DNA of 63,123 nucleotides, filler included, from Hyphochytrium catenoides (taxonomy: Eukaryota > Protista > Hyphochytriomycota), in NCBI GenBank assembly GCA_900088475.1. It is 11 parts of 11 records of this genome, joined end to end, with 100 filler letters (N's around TTAATTAATTAA, not from the genome) between each part and the next. Parts side by side here need not be neighbours in the genome. Positions count along the whole stretch, not along the records: positions 10,875 to 23,663 come from FLMG01002510.1; 10 more parts are not named here. One strand, 5' to 3'. The notes under the pieces were generated by a model. The model searched no databases. It was not told the origin of the DNA and was given only the letters and a program-made list of their open reading frames with translations. Position numbers and translations under genes: made by a program. Below are positions 11,545 to 23,763 of the stretch, in pieces (the stretch's first letter is position 1; every line of letters starts with the position of its first letter).

Positions 11545-11626
11545 GTCGGCGTGGCCGAGTGGTTAAGGCGCCAGCCTGCTAAGTTGGTGGGTTTCACCCG
11601 CGCAGGTTCGAATCCTGCCGCCGACG
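11545..11626 (+). tRNA. trnS-GCT: tRNA-Ser (GCT)
   Basis: 82 nt; acceptor stem GTCGGCG/CGCCGAC, A-box TGGCCGAGTGG, anticodon arm CCAGC-CT-GCT-AA-GTTGG, long variable arm, B-box GGTTCGAATCC, followed by a T5 Pol III terminator. Confidence 0.97.
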
Positions 11627-11929
11627 AAGCTTTTTGCCTTTGGTAGAAAATCCCTTTTTGCTGTACACTCGTACGAACAACTCCTAAAAAGACAAGGGAG
11701 TAGTGGCAAGACTGGAAAGACAAAAGGCTAACGGTGTCACTGGGCCGTCTGACAGAAACCAACCTTTAGGTTATCTATTGCACTATTTGGCCCTGGGAGG
11801 CATGCATAGCATCCGTCTTCAGGTCAGATGATGACTTTGTGCTGAACGCTCTCCTGCTGCCGAGTCGAGCTCTTCTGTAACCAATCCCGTGAGCTGGATA
11901 ACCTTAGAAGAGGGAAACAAGGGGACAAA

Positions 11930-12660
11930 TAGTTAGGGCAGGATGCCACTGAAGACTGTGGGGTTAAAAGAGAAGGGAAGGATAGCAAACTTTATCAGAT
12001 GATAGAGCCCGCCCTCCCAGCGATCCACAATTATGAGCTTCTTCTTCCACATCAGATGCGCTGACACAGCAGTTACTTCCAGTCTGAAGAGAGAGAACAT
12101 ATTGAATCATGGCCAAATCGGGCGTGGATTCAGCCACTATTGCTGCATGTTTGCAGAAGAGTAGAAAGAGCTCCACATCCATGCCCGATTTTGCCAAGAA
12201 CTTTTTTTAATATTATCCCATGGGCACTCCAAGCCGCCCTCTGCTAATGACGCCAGCGACTTCGTGCAGAAGCTTGTGGAGCGACCAGCGGCGCACGAGC
12301 TTTTACGCCAATTTCACCTTGACCGAGGAGGGGCGCTTAGACGAAGTCTTCTGGCTGTTCAGCAGCGTCAGCTTTACGCTACATATACCGACAAAACTGT
12401 CTTCCATAACACTGTCTGCTTGCCATCTCAAGTTTGGCGCCATCACGAGCTTCGATGGCAATGGGAAGACAATTATTCTTGGTCAGTGTTTTTTAATTAA
12501 TGAGGGAACTGAAACATTCCTGTGGGTCAGGGAGTTCCTTGCGGCTGGATTAGGACACCAACCACAATCTGTCTTTACTGATGCCGACCCAGCGATGGCA
12601 GCAGCTATCATTGTGAATCTCTCAAAGTCACCGTGATGAATGGTACTTATTTCATCTTCC
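11930..12660 (+). pseudogene. Degenerate FAR1/MULE (Mutator-like) transposase fragment
   Basis: FAR1-type zinc finger remnant (GCH*RLWVKREG...HNYEL), then the MULE domain: GRLDEVFWLFS...FGAITSFDGNGKTIILGQCFLINEGTETFLWVREFLAAGLGHQPQSVFTDADPAMAAAI. Contains stops and frameshifts. Confidence 0.8.
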
Positions 12661-13464
12661 AGGAATTTTCCTAATTATTGCATGCGGCCTAGATTGACTG
12701 GGAGATAAATGACGGGACGTCTCCCACTTATTCTGGAAGATTCTGCAGTCTGACAGTCCGTTGCATTGCATCTTGATAGTGAATTATTGAAGCCTTATCG
12801 GATGTTAGAAGTCATTGCTCCGAGGCTGCCGACGCTGCTGTTACAGCGGGGGCCGGCACGCAACGACGTACCCAGGGAAAACGAACTTGCAACCTGCTGG
12901 CGAGTGCTGATGAAGAGACTACTATAATATATATGGCGCTTTTGACTCTGACATGGCCCACGATTGGGTTATAAGGAAGGACGGGAAAGTGACTAGTAGT
13001 TCGAGGAAAGCTTAATGGCTTTGCAAAGGGCGGCGAGGGCATTGGCAAGCTAGCACTATCGTTGGACGATATTGCAGCTGGAGAAGGATTGACGGTGCAG
13101 TTTGAGGAAGTGGACTTGGCGTCAATGGCGATCACTACTCGGTAAGAGCTTTGAAGATTGTTGTCGTCAAAGAGTCTAGTATATCTGTGACAGCCTGTCT
13201 TTTCTTGTGCGTCTCCAGCGCTCCAGCGCTATCTGCACATCGGGGAAAATGAACGGCCGCATGAGCCCCTTTGTACCGATTTGTGGCCTGGGTTCTTGAG
13301 GGACGGGAAGACCTTATTACGAGCTACATCCTCTACCACGCCAATAGGAGTGCCATCATCAAGGTCCAGGGGTCCAAGGAAGATACAGATCCCGGTCAAG
13401 CAGGCCGAGTGGTTTCTTTGCCCATCTTGTTGTTACCTGTCTCTTCCATCTCACTCAGCATCGT

Positions 13465-13546
13465 GTCGGCGTGGCCGAGTGGTTAAGGCGCCAGCCTGCT
13501 AAGTTGGTGGGTTTCACCCGCGCAGGTTCGAATCCTGCCGCCGACG
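13465..13546 (+). tRNA. trnS-GCT: tRNA-Ser (GCT), identical second copy
   Basis: Sequence identical to 11545-11626 and followed by the same AAGCTTTTTG terminator. Confidence 0.97.
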
Positions 13547-14502
13547 AAGCTTTTTGGTTCTATTATTATTGGTCCTATCGTGCGACCTCGTACGACGACC
13601 ACTACTGTACTGCTTCGTACAGTGTACATCTCATCCTAGCACCGATACAGCCAGGCCAATACTATAACGCGCACAACGAACACCAGATCAAGATATCAAG
13701 ATCACGATAACGAAGAATCCTTTTTGAGCTTCGGTTCTTGTCGCTTCGCTTTGGCTCCGCTGCTGCTGCCGCTGCCTCTGCCTGGTGGTGGAGCGAAACA
13801 TCGCTATCGGAAAACCAGAGCTCTGCACATGCGCGCCTTCCAAGCCTTACCGCCAGGGAAGCTTGAGCCGCTTTGAATGCTGATCGCCCTCCCAAAGGAC
13901 ACCGCCGATCTGTTCTGCCGTTTGGTTTGCGCCGTGTCTGCTGGGAGGATTGGGTCGACGTGCCTTCAAGACTGCCGGAGCTTCGGTATAGCATAAATGC
14001 CTTCTTAGTCTATAAGAAGTGAGCCGGAGCGACTGCTTGAAGAATACTTACACATTATGACTGTGCCAGTGGTCGAGAAAGGGAAAGACCATAACCTAGG
14101 GAGTGATGTCCCCGGCTAATAGGTACAGAACAGGCTGTTGCTGTAGAGTGGCAAGCATGAGACAGGGGAGGGGGGAGATGATGATACCCATGAAAGTAAA
14201 GTAGGTAGATCTGCATATTGAAGCATGGGGAGTGGCGTCGGAAAGGGTTGGACATAATTCAACGTTCAAAAGACCGAGGAAAGTGGCACCAAGAGAGTCC
14301 TCAAGCAGCATCAAGGCAATCTCATGAGCCTTAGCCAACCACGCTCCTTGCCTTCGTCTGTCTCGGTCTTGTAGCATTGATCATCAAGACAACCCGCTGG
14401 TTCTGATCACGGAAGGTGCCGGACAGGGTAGCCTTGTGAGAGAGGAGGTTCACCTCACCCTTCCTGCCAACGCTCCTCCTCGGGAAGGCAAAAAAAACAA
14501 CA

Positions 14503-17500
14503 ATGGACGTTGACACTAAAGTGATGGATGTTGACATAGACTTGGTGGAGCTCGAAAGGAGAGAGAGGGAGCTACGCTTCGATCTGGAGAGATCAGGGAG
14601 GGCCAATACGGAGAGGAGGCGCATTGAGAAAGAGGACCAGACTTCTCTCATTTCCACTCTATTCGTCGGTCCCGATCCAACCATCGATGCCGTGCACCGG
14701 GATATGGAACGGAAGAGCCTGATCTTGCAGTCTGAAATAGCCGAGAAGGTGAAGCTTGTAGACCGGAGAATGAGGTGAGTTTCAGGAAAAAGAGGATGAT
14801 GTGACGATGTGTTCTGGCATACCTTCTCCTGAGGCAGACCTTCCAGGCCTCCTTCTGTATCACTCTTTCCCGTTGCCCTTCTTTTTATTTGCTCTCGTTC
14901 ACTCTTAGATGGCGATGATGTCACTTCTGTCCTAAGGTATGATGGTCCTGCAGGGAGTTAGGCCACTTAGAGACCGAGGTAGCCTCCAGGCTCGAGGAGT
15001 TAAATCTGTGGCACCCAGGAATGGAAGACGCTTCTGGAGACAATAGAGTGAGCAACTATTGACATGCTTTTTACAGACGGAAAGAGAAGAGAGAAAAAGA
15101 GAGAGGGCTGGAAAGAGAGACAGGGAGAAATTTAAGGATAGAGGAAGACATCACTTTATTACGGAGGCAATGCTTGGGACAGGAGATAGAGAGAGAAACA
15201 AGCAAAAGGTGGATTGACTTACTCTACTTAGACCAATTAAGGCAAAGAAAGGGAGTATATTTCTGAACGCATGTGACTCTGCTACGGGAAAATCATCATC
15301 CGCTGACTCTCTCTGCAGATTATGGTAGAGGAGCAACGACGCATCTCCATAGACAGAGAAGAGCGTCACGCAGAGTTGTCGCAAGTACGTCGCTCATATC
15401 TGCGAATATCCTCGTTTTTGCTGCTTTCGTTCTCCTAACGGTTCCCTGCTTCATCCCTTTTGGTCACCCTCCATACTGCACTTCCGTCATACACAGAAGT
15501 TCGGATGGTCAGACTACTACGACTCCTTGCGATCTATTTCTTTCAACGATGACTGCACTTTCACCTGCTTTACGTCTCACTTTCTCCGCTTTTTACGCCG
15601 TTCTTTCCCATATTAGCTGCGGAGTGATCAGCTGCATCTCTCCCACGAGCGAGAATCAGCACTCAGCATTGGGAACGAAGTCCAGAAGCTTCGCAAGCTT
15701 CAGAGCGAACTCTTACAGCAACTGCTCTCGATTAGGAAGGAAGTGCATCATGAAGCCCAAGAGGTGTGGTTTGCCGCATCATGTCTTCCCCTCCTTGCCT
15801 TGGTTAAATCCTAGCATTCTCTATAGCCAGCCCTCGTTAGGTCCATCCACAAACCTTTCTCTTTGCTCTCGCCATGGCCATAGCGTCTGTTGTAGACCCT
15901 CATGTCGCACCCCAAAAGGCTGCTATTTTGGAAACATAGGTCACATTGCCTTCTACGTCCTCCTTCCGTCACTGCTACTACCTTAAATCCACCGTCCGAT
16001 GAGTAATAATGCCCTTCAGCGTGGTGTTCACGAGCTTTCCCCTCACAATTAGCAGTACTAGCCTTCTCCCCTTTTGTGTGTCCTAACCCAAGTGACAGCG
16101 TTTGATTCGTGTTGTCTCTCACCGTCTTATGGCTACATACTATCCCGCCGCTGCTCGCACTATTCAAGCTCGAAGAGAAGAAAGCCAGGGAGGAAATTGA
16201 ACTTCAGAAGGCGAGAGAAAGGCTGCTAAACGACTACCAGAAGCTTATCGCGAGCCAGAAAGCCTACCAATCAGCCGTGGAAAGTCTAGGAAGGGCTAAG
16301 CGACAATGGGAAGAAGAGGTATCAAGCCCATTTGTCCTTCTCGCCGTCATTTTTTTCCGCTCAAATTTGCTTGCCTCACGCAATCAATTGATGCACGTCT
16401 TCTTCTACTGCAGATCGTCAGATGCACCTCTCTGGCGTTACTCTTCAGGTCCCTCTGTACTTTCCTACCTCACGGTCTGCGCTTCCAACGTCACATTGTC
16501 CAGCTGGCACTATTCGATGGCCTGTTTGATCTGCAAATTACGCCTTCTTAATTCTGCTCAATCATATGCTGCGCAGACGGCGAAAGAGAAAGCCAAGTCC
16601 AGAGAGGCCCAGGAGGAGTTGGAAGCGGCCCGAACGGCACAGAAGAGTGTCATGCAGGAGGGGAATGCAAAGTTAGAGGAGGGGCAACGCCAGTTAGAGG
16701 TCTCTCCCTCTTCCCACTTATGTTTGCCTCTGGGTAGACCTTCTTATCCCCAGCTTCCCTTCCCTCGACGAATTCAATCTCTCTCTTTGCCAATGCTCAC
16801 TTCAGCCTCTGCCGTGCTCTGTCGAAGTTTTAACTACCAACTGCTCCGATTTCTTTCCCAAGTCTGTCTGCTCTATCTGACTTTCTACCCATATGTGACT
16901 GGCAGATACGAGCAAAGAAGCTGGATGGAGTGCAGAAGAAACTCAAGGCAGATCTGAGTAAGCTGGAGGTAATGCAAGGGTTGCGTGGGCCTATGGGTAG
17001 AGTACTCCTGCTACGAGAGAGAGGACACCCTGATAAACACACGAGGAGAGAAGGGATTGCACCAGTTATTAAGGAGACTTCGAAGAGGGGGAATACACAG
17101 AAATCAGAGAAAGAGTGAGAGAGTATGGCATGTGACCTTCTTCTTTGCCCCTTGAGGTTGAGAGTAGATAGTAGATTAGACGTCAAAATAGAAGCAGATG
17201 AAGATTAAACCTCAGACAAACTTTGAACATTTGGCTAGAACCGTGAGATTGCTCTGCTGGAGACGAAAGCGGAATTGAAAGTTGCAAAGAGACAACACGA
17301 TGAGGAGGTTAAAAGGGAGAGGAAAGGTCTCGAGGAGGAACATGAAGAGCTTGCAAAAGAAAAGAAGGTGAGTGAGCGTACTGTGGATACTTAAGCGTCC
17401 ATGATGTCCGATAGCTCCTTCCTCACACTTCCTGTCTCCTCGATGGCTGCCGAAGGCTAACTTTGCTGGTTACCGGAAGCATTAGCAGCTCCAGTGTCGT

Positions 17501-20500
17501 TAGCCTTTCCTTTTGTTGAACCTGACGGCGATATGTTCGGCAGGTAGCTCTTGATGTTCCCCTCCTGGCGTTCCTCTGCACCACATCGTCTCCTTCTAGC
17601 CAAACTTTCCGTAGCTCTAGTTGGTGCTTGCTCCTTCCTTCCACCGCCAAAGCTCTGGTTGACATTTCCTCATCAGGCGCTGGAAGACGAGCGCAGTATT
17701 CTAGCTTTGCGAAGGGGTGAAGGCGAAAAAGAGAAAGAGGAACTCAAACGTGCCCGTATAGAGCTCCATAAAAGTCAGGCGGAGCTGGAGCTGAGGGCCA
17801 CACAACTGCAAACAAAAGAAAAACAGCTAGAGAGGAAGGTAAGGTGGACACTATGCTCTGCAAAGTCGTAGGCTATTCTCGGGCAGATATGGAGGAGGAG
17901 GGCCGGAACGACGCAAACGTGAACATCAAGATGCATGATTCATTTGTGACTCTTCGACATTTTTGTCTGCTGGTAGCTTGCAGAGCTGGAGACATTGGAA
18001 AGAAAGCTTGACCTTGAAAGACGAAGTTTTGACCAAGACAAGAAACAAAGAGAGGTTGATATGCTTCGCAAAGAGAACAAGCTCAGGCAGGTACGGCGTG
18101 GCGGCTCCCATCCTCCCCACCCACAGTGCTGCTGAACCTGGCCTTTCCTGCTAATGTTATAGCTGATTGGCTGACTTATACCTTTCTCATGTCACCTAGC
18201 AAGCCGCAGAGCTTGGGCAGGCGGTGACAAGCTATCAGAAGACGGTATGTCATGTTGCATTGGGCATATGAAGGAACGGTAGATGAGGGGTACAGTGAAC
18301 ATGAACCAAATTGAGACGATGGTCTATTTGAAAAGTCGAAAGATCATTTATCTGGCGGTATGAGACAGCAGCCGAAGTTACATGCTACTCATTGTCAACC
18401 TCTGGATGACTCTAACGATTGGTGCATAGATGGCAGGAGCCCTACAGCGCCGAGAGGAACTTTCTCTCTGGGAGGAAGAGCTACTCGAGATCCATAAAAG
18501 GTCAGTCTTAGGGGTGAGTAGGAGAGGGAGGTCTCAACTGGTGAGATGAGGCACCAACTTCCAAAAGAAGACAGTAAATTGAATTATAACATCAGCCTAA
18601 TCACGGTCTTCACCTTCGTGCAGTTTGGAGAAAGAACGAGCCCAGTTTGATGCAGCGGCCAAGGTAAAAGAAGCTGCTTAATCGATAAAAGTCCATCGGG
18701 AGGCTACGAGTGTAGAAGGAACACCAAGAAACATTATACAGAAAAAAAGAGAGAGAGAGAGAGACCAAGCGAGAACTTGCGCAAGGCAGCGATAAAGGTG
18801 GGAGGGAGTCGAGAGAAGTAGAGCAGAAAGGGATGACCAGAGAGTTAACCCCTGCCGCTCACGGCAAGGATTTACTAGCCGTAAGAAATAGAGGAGCAGC
18901 TGCTGCGACAGAGGGATCAAGAGAAAGGCTTTCATAACCATAGTTCTCTCGCTTCTGGAGCGTAGGCGTTCTTTGCCTCGTTCGAAAGTAAATCAGAAAT
19001 ACGTCAGAGCTACGGCGAGACCCCTAAGGAGGTAAGCTGTTCGTCTCAGTCTAGGATATGAACTTATATGTAAAGGATTTAGATACCTCCTTCCTCCAAT
19101 CTTTCCTGTTTCGGTGACCAGGAAATCCTTGATGGTACTGAGAAGAAGGTACTAGTCTCTCTCTTTCTGCTCAAGTTAAAGCCAACCTGACTTGCTTTTT
19201 ACCGGTCTGCCGCCTGTTACTGATGTTCCAGGCGTACGAGGACCATATTCGACAGCTTGAAGACCGCCTTCAACGACAGAGAAGAGTGTCAGATTCTCTG
19301 CAGAAGCTAGTACGACAGATGAAGGAAAAGGAGAAAGCGCTGATTGACCGAGTGCACCAGATCATATCAGAGGGTAGGTGGTTCACGTCCTGCTAGGCTT
19401 TCCCCTCTTCCTACGGCTTCTGGCGCAACAGTAGAGCATACTTTGCTTTGTCTCACTTTCATAGTATATGATCTAGTTCTTTCGTCCCTCGCTGCTGCCT
19501 TGAATAAAGTTAAAGGCTTTGTGTAGTGATTAGCAGGTCGGAAGGCGTAGAGACCGAGAGGACCAAGCTGTTGCGGGACTGGGAGGCCCTCAGCCATATG
19601 CGTGCAGAAGTCTATGCAAAGGCTGATGAGCTTCAAAATGAGCAGGAGACAATGGAGAGAGAGAGGCAGCAAGACGAGCTAGGGCGAGCGGCGAGGGAAA
19701 GGAGCCTCTTGGAAGCGTCTCATGCAGTCAATGCTAGAGAGGTAACTACTCATGCTGAATCTGTTATCCTAGACTTCTTGCCTTTACTCTTTGAACTATC
19801 GGCCACGACAACATCCCTATAGATCTCTTTGGCAAGTTGCGGATTCATTGGCTTGCCCTTGACAGCTCAAGGCTCGAACCCATGTCTTTTCTCTCTTTAT
19901 TCTCTCAGAAAGTACTTGGACAACACGCACAGTATGCAAGGCAGCGGAGTGCGGTCCTTGAAGAGTCGGCTGCAGAATACCTCAACCTTGCCAAGACCCT
20001 GACACAGACTATCCTGGAGAAAGAATCGTACCTGCGAGAAGGTTGGAAATGCTCTTAGCTCGTAACCTACTTTCGTAGCTCGAGGCCTAAGATTTGTTAC
20101 CTTTGGACGGGAAGGAAATCGAGCCGGAGCGTCATGTTGTCTTCTTTCTGACCCTCGACGTTTACTTTCTCTTGCGATCTTTCTCTCTCTCTCTCTTTGT
20201 GTCTGGGTCTCTCCTTGCGTGTCTTTTTGCCTTAACCTGTCTCCCTCTCTAGATTCTCATTTCTTGACTGCTTCTAGCTGAAGAAAAATTCCAAGTAGCT
20301 CTTCGAGCCCTAGGAGCTGAAGAAAGCTTTCACTTCCATATTCGGGTGCCCGATCAGTCGTTAATAGATAGTAAGTGCTGCTAGTAAGAGGCGATCTCTG
20401 CGTTGTCACTCTCCCACCACGATTTGTACGCGAGTACTATGTAACACCTACGTCTTGACTATTTGTTTTGTGTGGCAAGGTCTGGCAAGGATCCAGACCG

Positions 20501-22937
20501 AGATGGACGCATTAAGAAAGACAGCCCGAAGCCAACAAGGAGGTGAGCTCGAAAGAAATCTGTCACAGAAGAGAGCGAAAAGAAGTTTTAAAGTTACTTT
20601 AGCTAGCATTGGTCACAAAGCGGCTAATAGCTGCTGAGAAAGCTAGCCCCCAGAGCTGATTATGGACTAGTGAAAGGATAGGCTAGGAGTAAGTGAGAGA
20701 AGGAAAGGAGAGTGATCTAGATTAGTAGAGGGACCCCATATCTCTTACATCTATATGTGCTGTCTTTGCCATTCGCAGGAGATATCGCTTCGCACCGAAG
20801 CCGTAAGCCAGAATCGCCGCCATTAGAGTCCAAAAAGACGCAGGTCTTTACCTGTTCTCTGGATGTTCGAGTCTCTTTGTTCTCTTTGGTCAATGGTATC
20901 TTGTCGTCCATGTAACTCTGTCTGATTACCGATGAACGCTTCCCCATCTTCGCCCGCCCAACTCATTCAAGTTATCTGCTCTCCCGGCTGTAAAATTGCT
21001 CAGGCCTCCTCTCCCTCGGTGTACTATTCCAACGAAGCGGACACCATGATCCAACTATATCAAGGGTTGGAAAATGAGAAGGCAACAGCACTTTCGAGAA
21101 CCCGCACGCTCAAGCTAGCTCTTTCTCTCCTGCTCCAGAAGGTGCCGCTCTTATCTCGTATGACAAATTTGTGTTCAGCCTTAATGACATTTCGATGGAG
21201 TACCTGTACTGCTCTATGAGCTGCTTGCGCTGCTCGCGAATGCCCCACTTATCGTACAGGGAGCCTTCTGTGTGAGGCTAACTCTGCGCCATTCTCTGCT
21301 TCAACTACCAGTTGTGGTTGAAACAGATTTTGTGCACGGCATCTCTATTGATACACTTGACTCCATGTGCATTGAGTTCTGTCTAACAATCTTTCCCTCA
21401 GGCACAAGCGCAGCTATCGGTCTCTAACATGACCCTCGTCACATTCCTCTCCGGTGAGCTTGAAGCGCTGAGAGAGCAGATCACTTCTCAATCTTTTGAA
21501 GGAAGTGCCAGCTGTGAAAAGCTAAGGCCGCTGATGGAAGCTGTGAACAGAAGAGCTAGAGTGAATGGAGAGTCTTCTGGATACGCGCAGGTGGAAGCTG
21601 AGAGGCATGCCTTCGAGAACCTAAAGCCTCACTTGTCAATTATTTTGGGAGAGCTCGAGCGACAGCTAGAGCTGCATCAGGAGTGGAGGGATAGACTGGA
21701 CGAGCTCTTTACTCTTTCCAAAGTACTTCCGGGCTTGGAAAGTGGGGAACTGGGAGAGGCTGAGTGCGCTTCTCCAAAGTTTCTCTCGTCTCTGTGTCAA
21801 TCCGGAGATCAGCAGCTTGCGTGCAGTGAAGGGGATGTTGAGAAAGGGGCGCCTGAGAGACATCAAAACTTCGATCAACCGATCCAAATGGTACAAGAGG
21901 GCCGTAGCAGTCCACTTACAGGCACAGCAAAGATTGAGGGGCAAACTCCGTCACTGCAACCAACAAACAATGACGAAATTGAGAGACCAAGAGGTGATCC
22001 TCAGGTGGAGCGAATCTTAGAAGAGCTGGACCGGTCAATGCGTGCAAGAGTAAACCTCCTTAAAGAAGGAGAGAAAGAGTTAAGAGAGCCGACAGATGCG
22101 TCTTTCTCTCTCGATTTTCACGAGGAAGATAGCTCCACTTTGCTCGACCTGTCGACCATAGTACTTCCTGAGCCGAGAGGGCCACCACCTAAGCCTATTA
22201 TCTCAGCTCCTCGTACACTCAGTCCAGTCCAACCCCAAAATCGTGTTGATCGATTTCCCGCCCCTGTCGTGCTCTCTCACGCTGGGTGAGCCTTTATCGC
22301 TTATCTAGATTGTAGCTCACAATCACTGACTTCTCCTGTCCATCCTTTTCCGTTTTTGTATGACTTCAGGACGACTCTCTCTCCTTCTTCACGGCGTCTA
22401 CAATTCCGGCAGGGAGATGAGTCTGAGCCTTCAGTGATCTCTGATGTCAGTGAAGCGCCGAGCTCCTCACGCTGGCCCTCACCGGCAAAAGCTGTCTTCG
22501 ATAACGAGGAGAGTGCAGTACGAGAGGAGAAAGGTAGCAGGGGAGGCCAAGATAGCAAAGAACGTGGTGGGGAGAATGCTGCCCAGTTGCGCCTTCAAAT
22601 CCAAGAAGCAACTGTAGGATTGGCACTGCTTTCCCAGAGGTTAGACCTATCGCCAGAAGGTGAGGGGCTATTCTCCCTGCTGTTTGACTTGTGCCGCTGT
22701 CCGTAGATCTCTCTCAATACCTTGTTTCTACCCGCTTATTTCTTGAGAAGTGTCTGATACGTTGTTAGTAGTGGTACGCAATAGCGCATAAAGGTGGGCC
22801 GACCTCTAACTTGGGGATCTCTTCTTGCCCTTCCTTTTTTACACTTCTCAGATCGGTCCATCGCTGCTCAAAAGCTCCGCCAAAAAATTGAACGAGCTCG
22901 TAACCTCTTGAGATTCAGGGAGGATAGGGGGACGTAG
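14503..22937 (+). CDS. Large multi-exon coiled-coil protein (start and internal exon boundaries approximate)
   Basis: Many short E/K/R/Q/L-rich exons bounded by AG...GT (e.g. LEEKKAREEIELQKARERLLNDYQK, ALEDERSILALRRGEGEKEKEELKRARIE). Includes a long exon at about 21400-22285 and a last exon ending AAQKLRQKIERARNLLRFREDRGT* at 22937. Confidence 0.7.
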
Positions 22938-23247
22938 GCGGGGTATCTATACGAGAGAGAAAAAGGGGAGAGAAGAGGTTAAGATAGACATCGGAGCGAA
23001 GCCCTTCCATGTCATGAGGATCTCTAAAGCTGACGAGAGATGAGATGCTCAAACAGGATATAGACAGATCTACGAGGTTCACACCCGATGAAGGCGGACT
23101 GAAGGAGGAAGACGGTCAAGAGGTGTGGGAAGAATGAGAAATTAACCCTAATACCAGCCCTTGCAGGACAAATTCTCCACACGTTATTATTGTTTATTAC
23201 TGGCCAGCAGGGGTTCAGAGTGTACTGCCTTCAAACATAGCTAGCTT

Positions 23248-23663
23248 CTAATTGCTTAGTAGGACGTACTCCTCATCCTGTTCTTCCTGCTCCTGCTCCA
23301 GTTGGCGCTGTGATTGCTGCTTAAGCTTCTTCTTCAGGCGCTTTTTCTGGCTCTTAGACAGTGATCTTGGAGACTCTGTCACCTCCTCTTGCTGCTGCTT
23401 GTTGGTAGGAGTCTGCGTCTTCTGCTGCTGTTGCTGGTTTGGGCTGGTGGGCAGCTGGTTTTGCTGCAGTTGCTCCAGCTTGAGGGACTGCTGGCGTTGT
23501 GGCTGCTGCTGTTGTTGCTGCTGCTGCTTCTGTGGAAATTGGCTCTGCTGCTGCTCCTGCTTCAGGGACTGCTGGCGTTGAGGCGGTTGTGGCTTTTGCT
23601 GTTGCTGTTGGTGCTGCTGCTGCTGCTTGGCAGGGGATTGGCTCTGGCTCTTCTGCTGCTGTT
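23248..23663 (-). CDS. C-terminal end of a glutamine-rich protein (5' truncated by linker)
   Basis: Open minus-strand frame QQQKSQSQSPAKQQQQ...SPRSLSKSQKKRLKKKLKQQSQRQLEQEQEEQDEEYVLLSN* with TAG at 23250-23248. It is missing from the ORF track because it has no start codon. Confidence 0.65.
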
Positions 23664-23763
23664 NNNNNNNNNNNNNNNNNNNNNNNNNNNNNNNNNNNNN
23701 NNNNNNNTTAATTAATTAANNNNNNNNNNNNNNNNNNNNNNNNNNNNNNNNNNNNNNNNNNNN

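Noticed and set aside
11545-13546. tRNA-targeted integrative element (attL/attR) or tRNA-derived SINE
   Set aside because: Both copies are complete tRNAs with terminators. There is no integrase between them and no shared body, tail or TSD.
23252-23715. Cys-rich (metallothionein-like) and Leu-rich plus-strand ORFs
   Set aside because: They are the antisense shadow of the CAG/CAA-rich Gln-coding frame on the minus strand.
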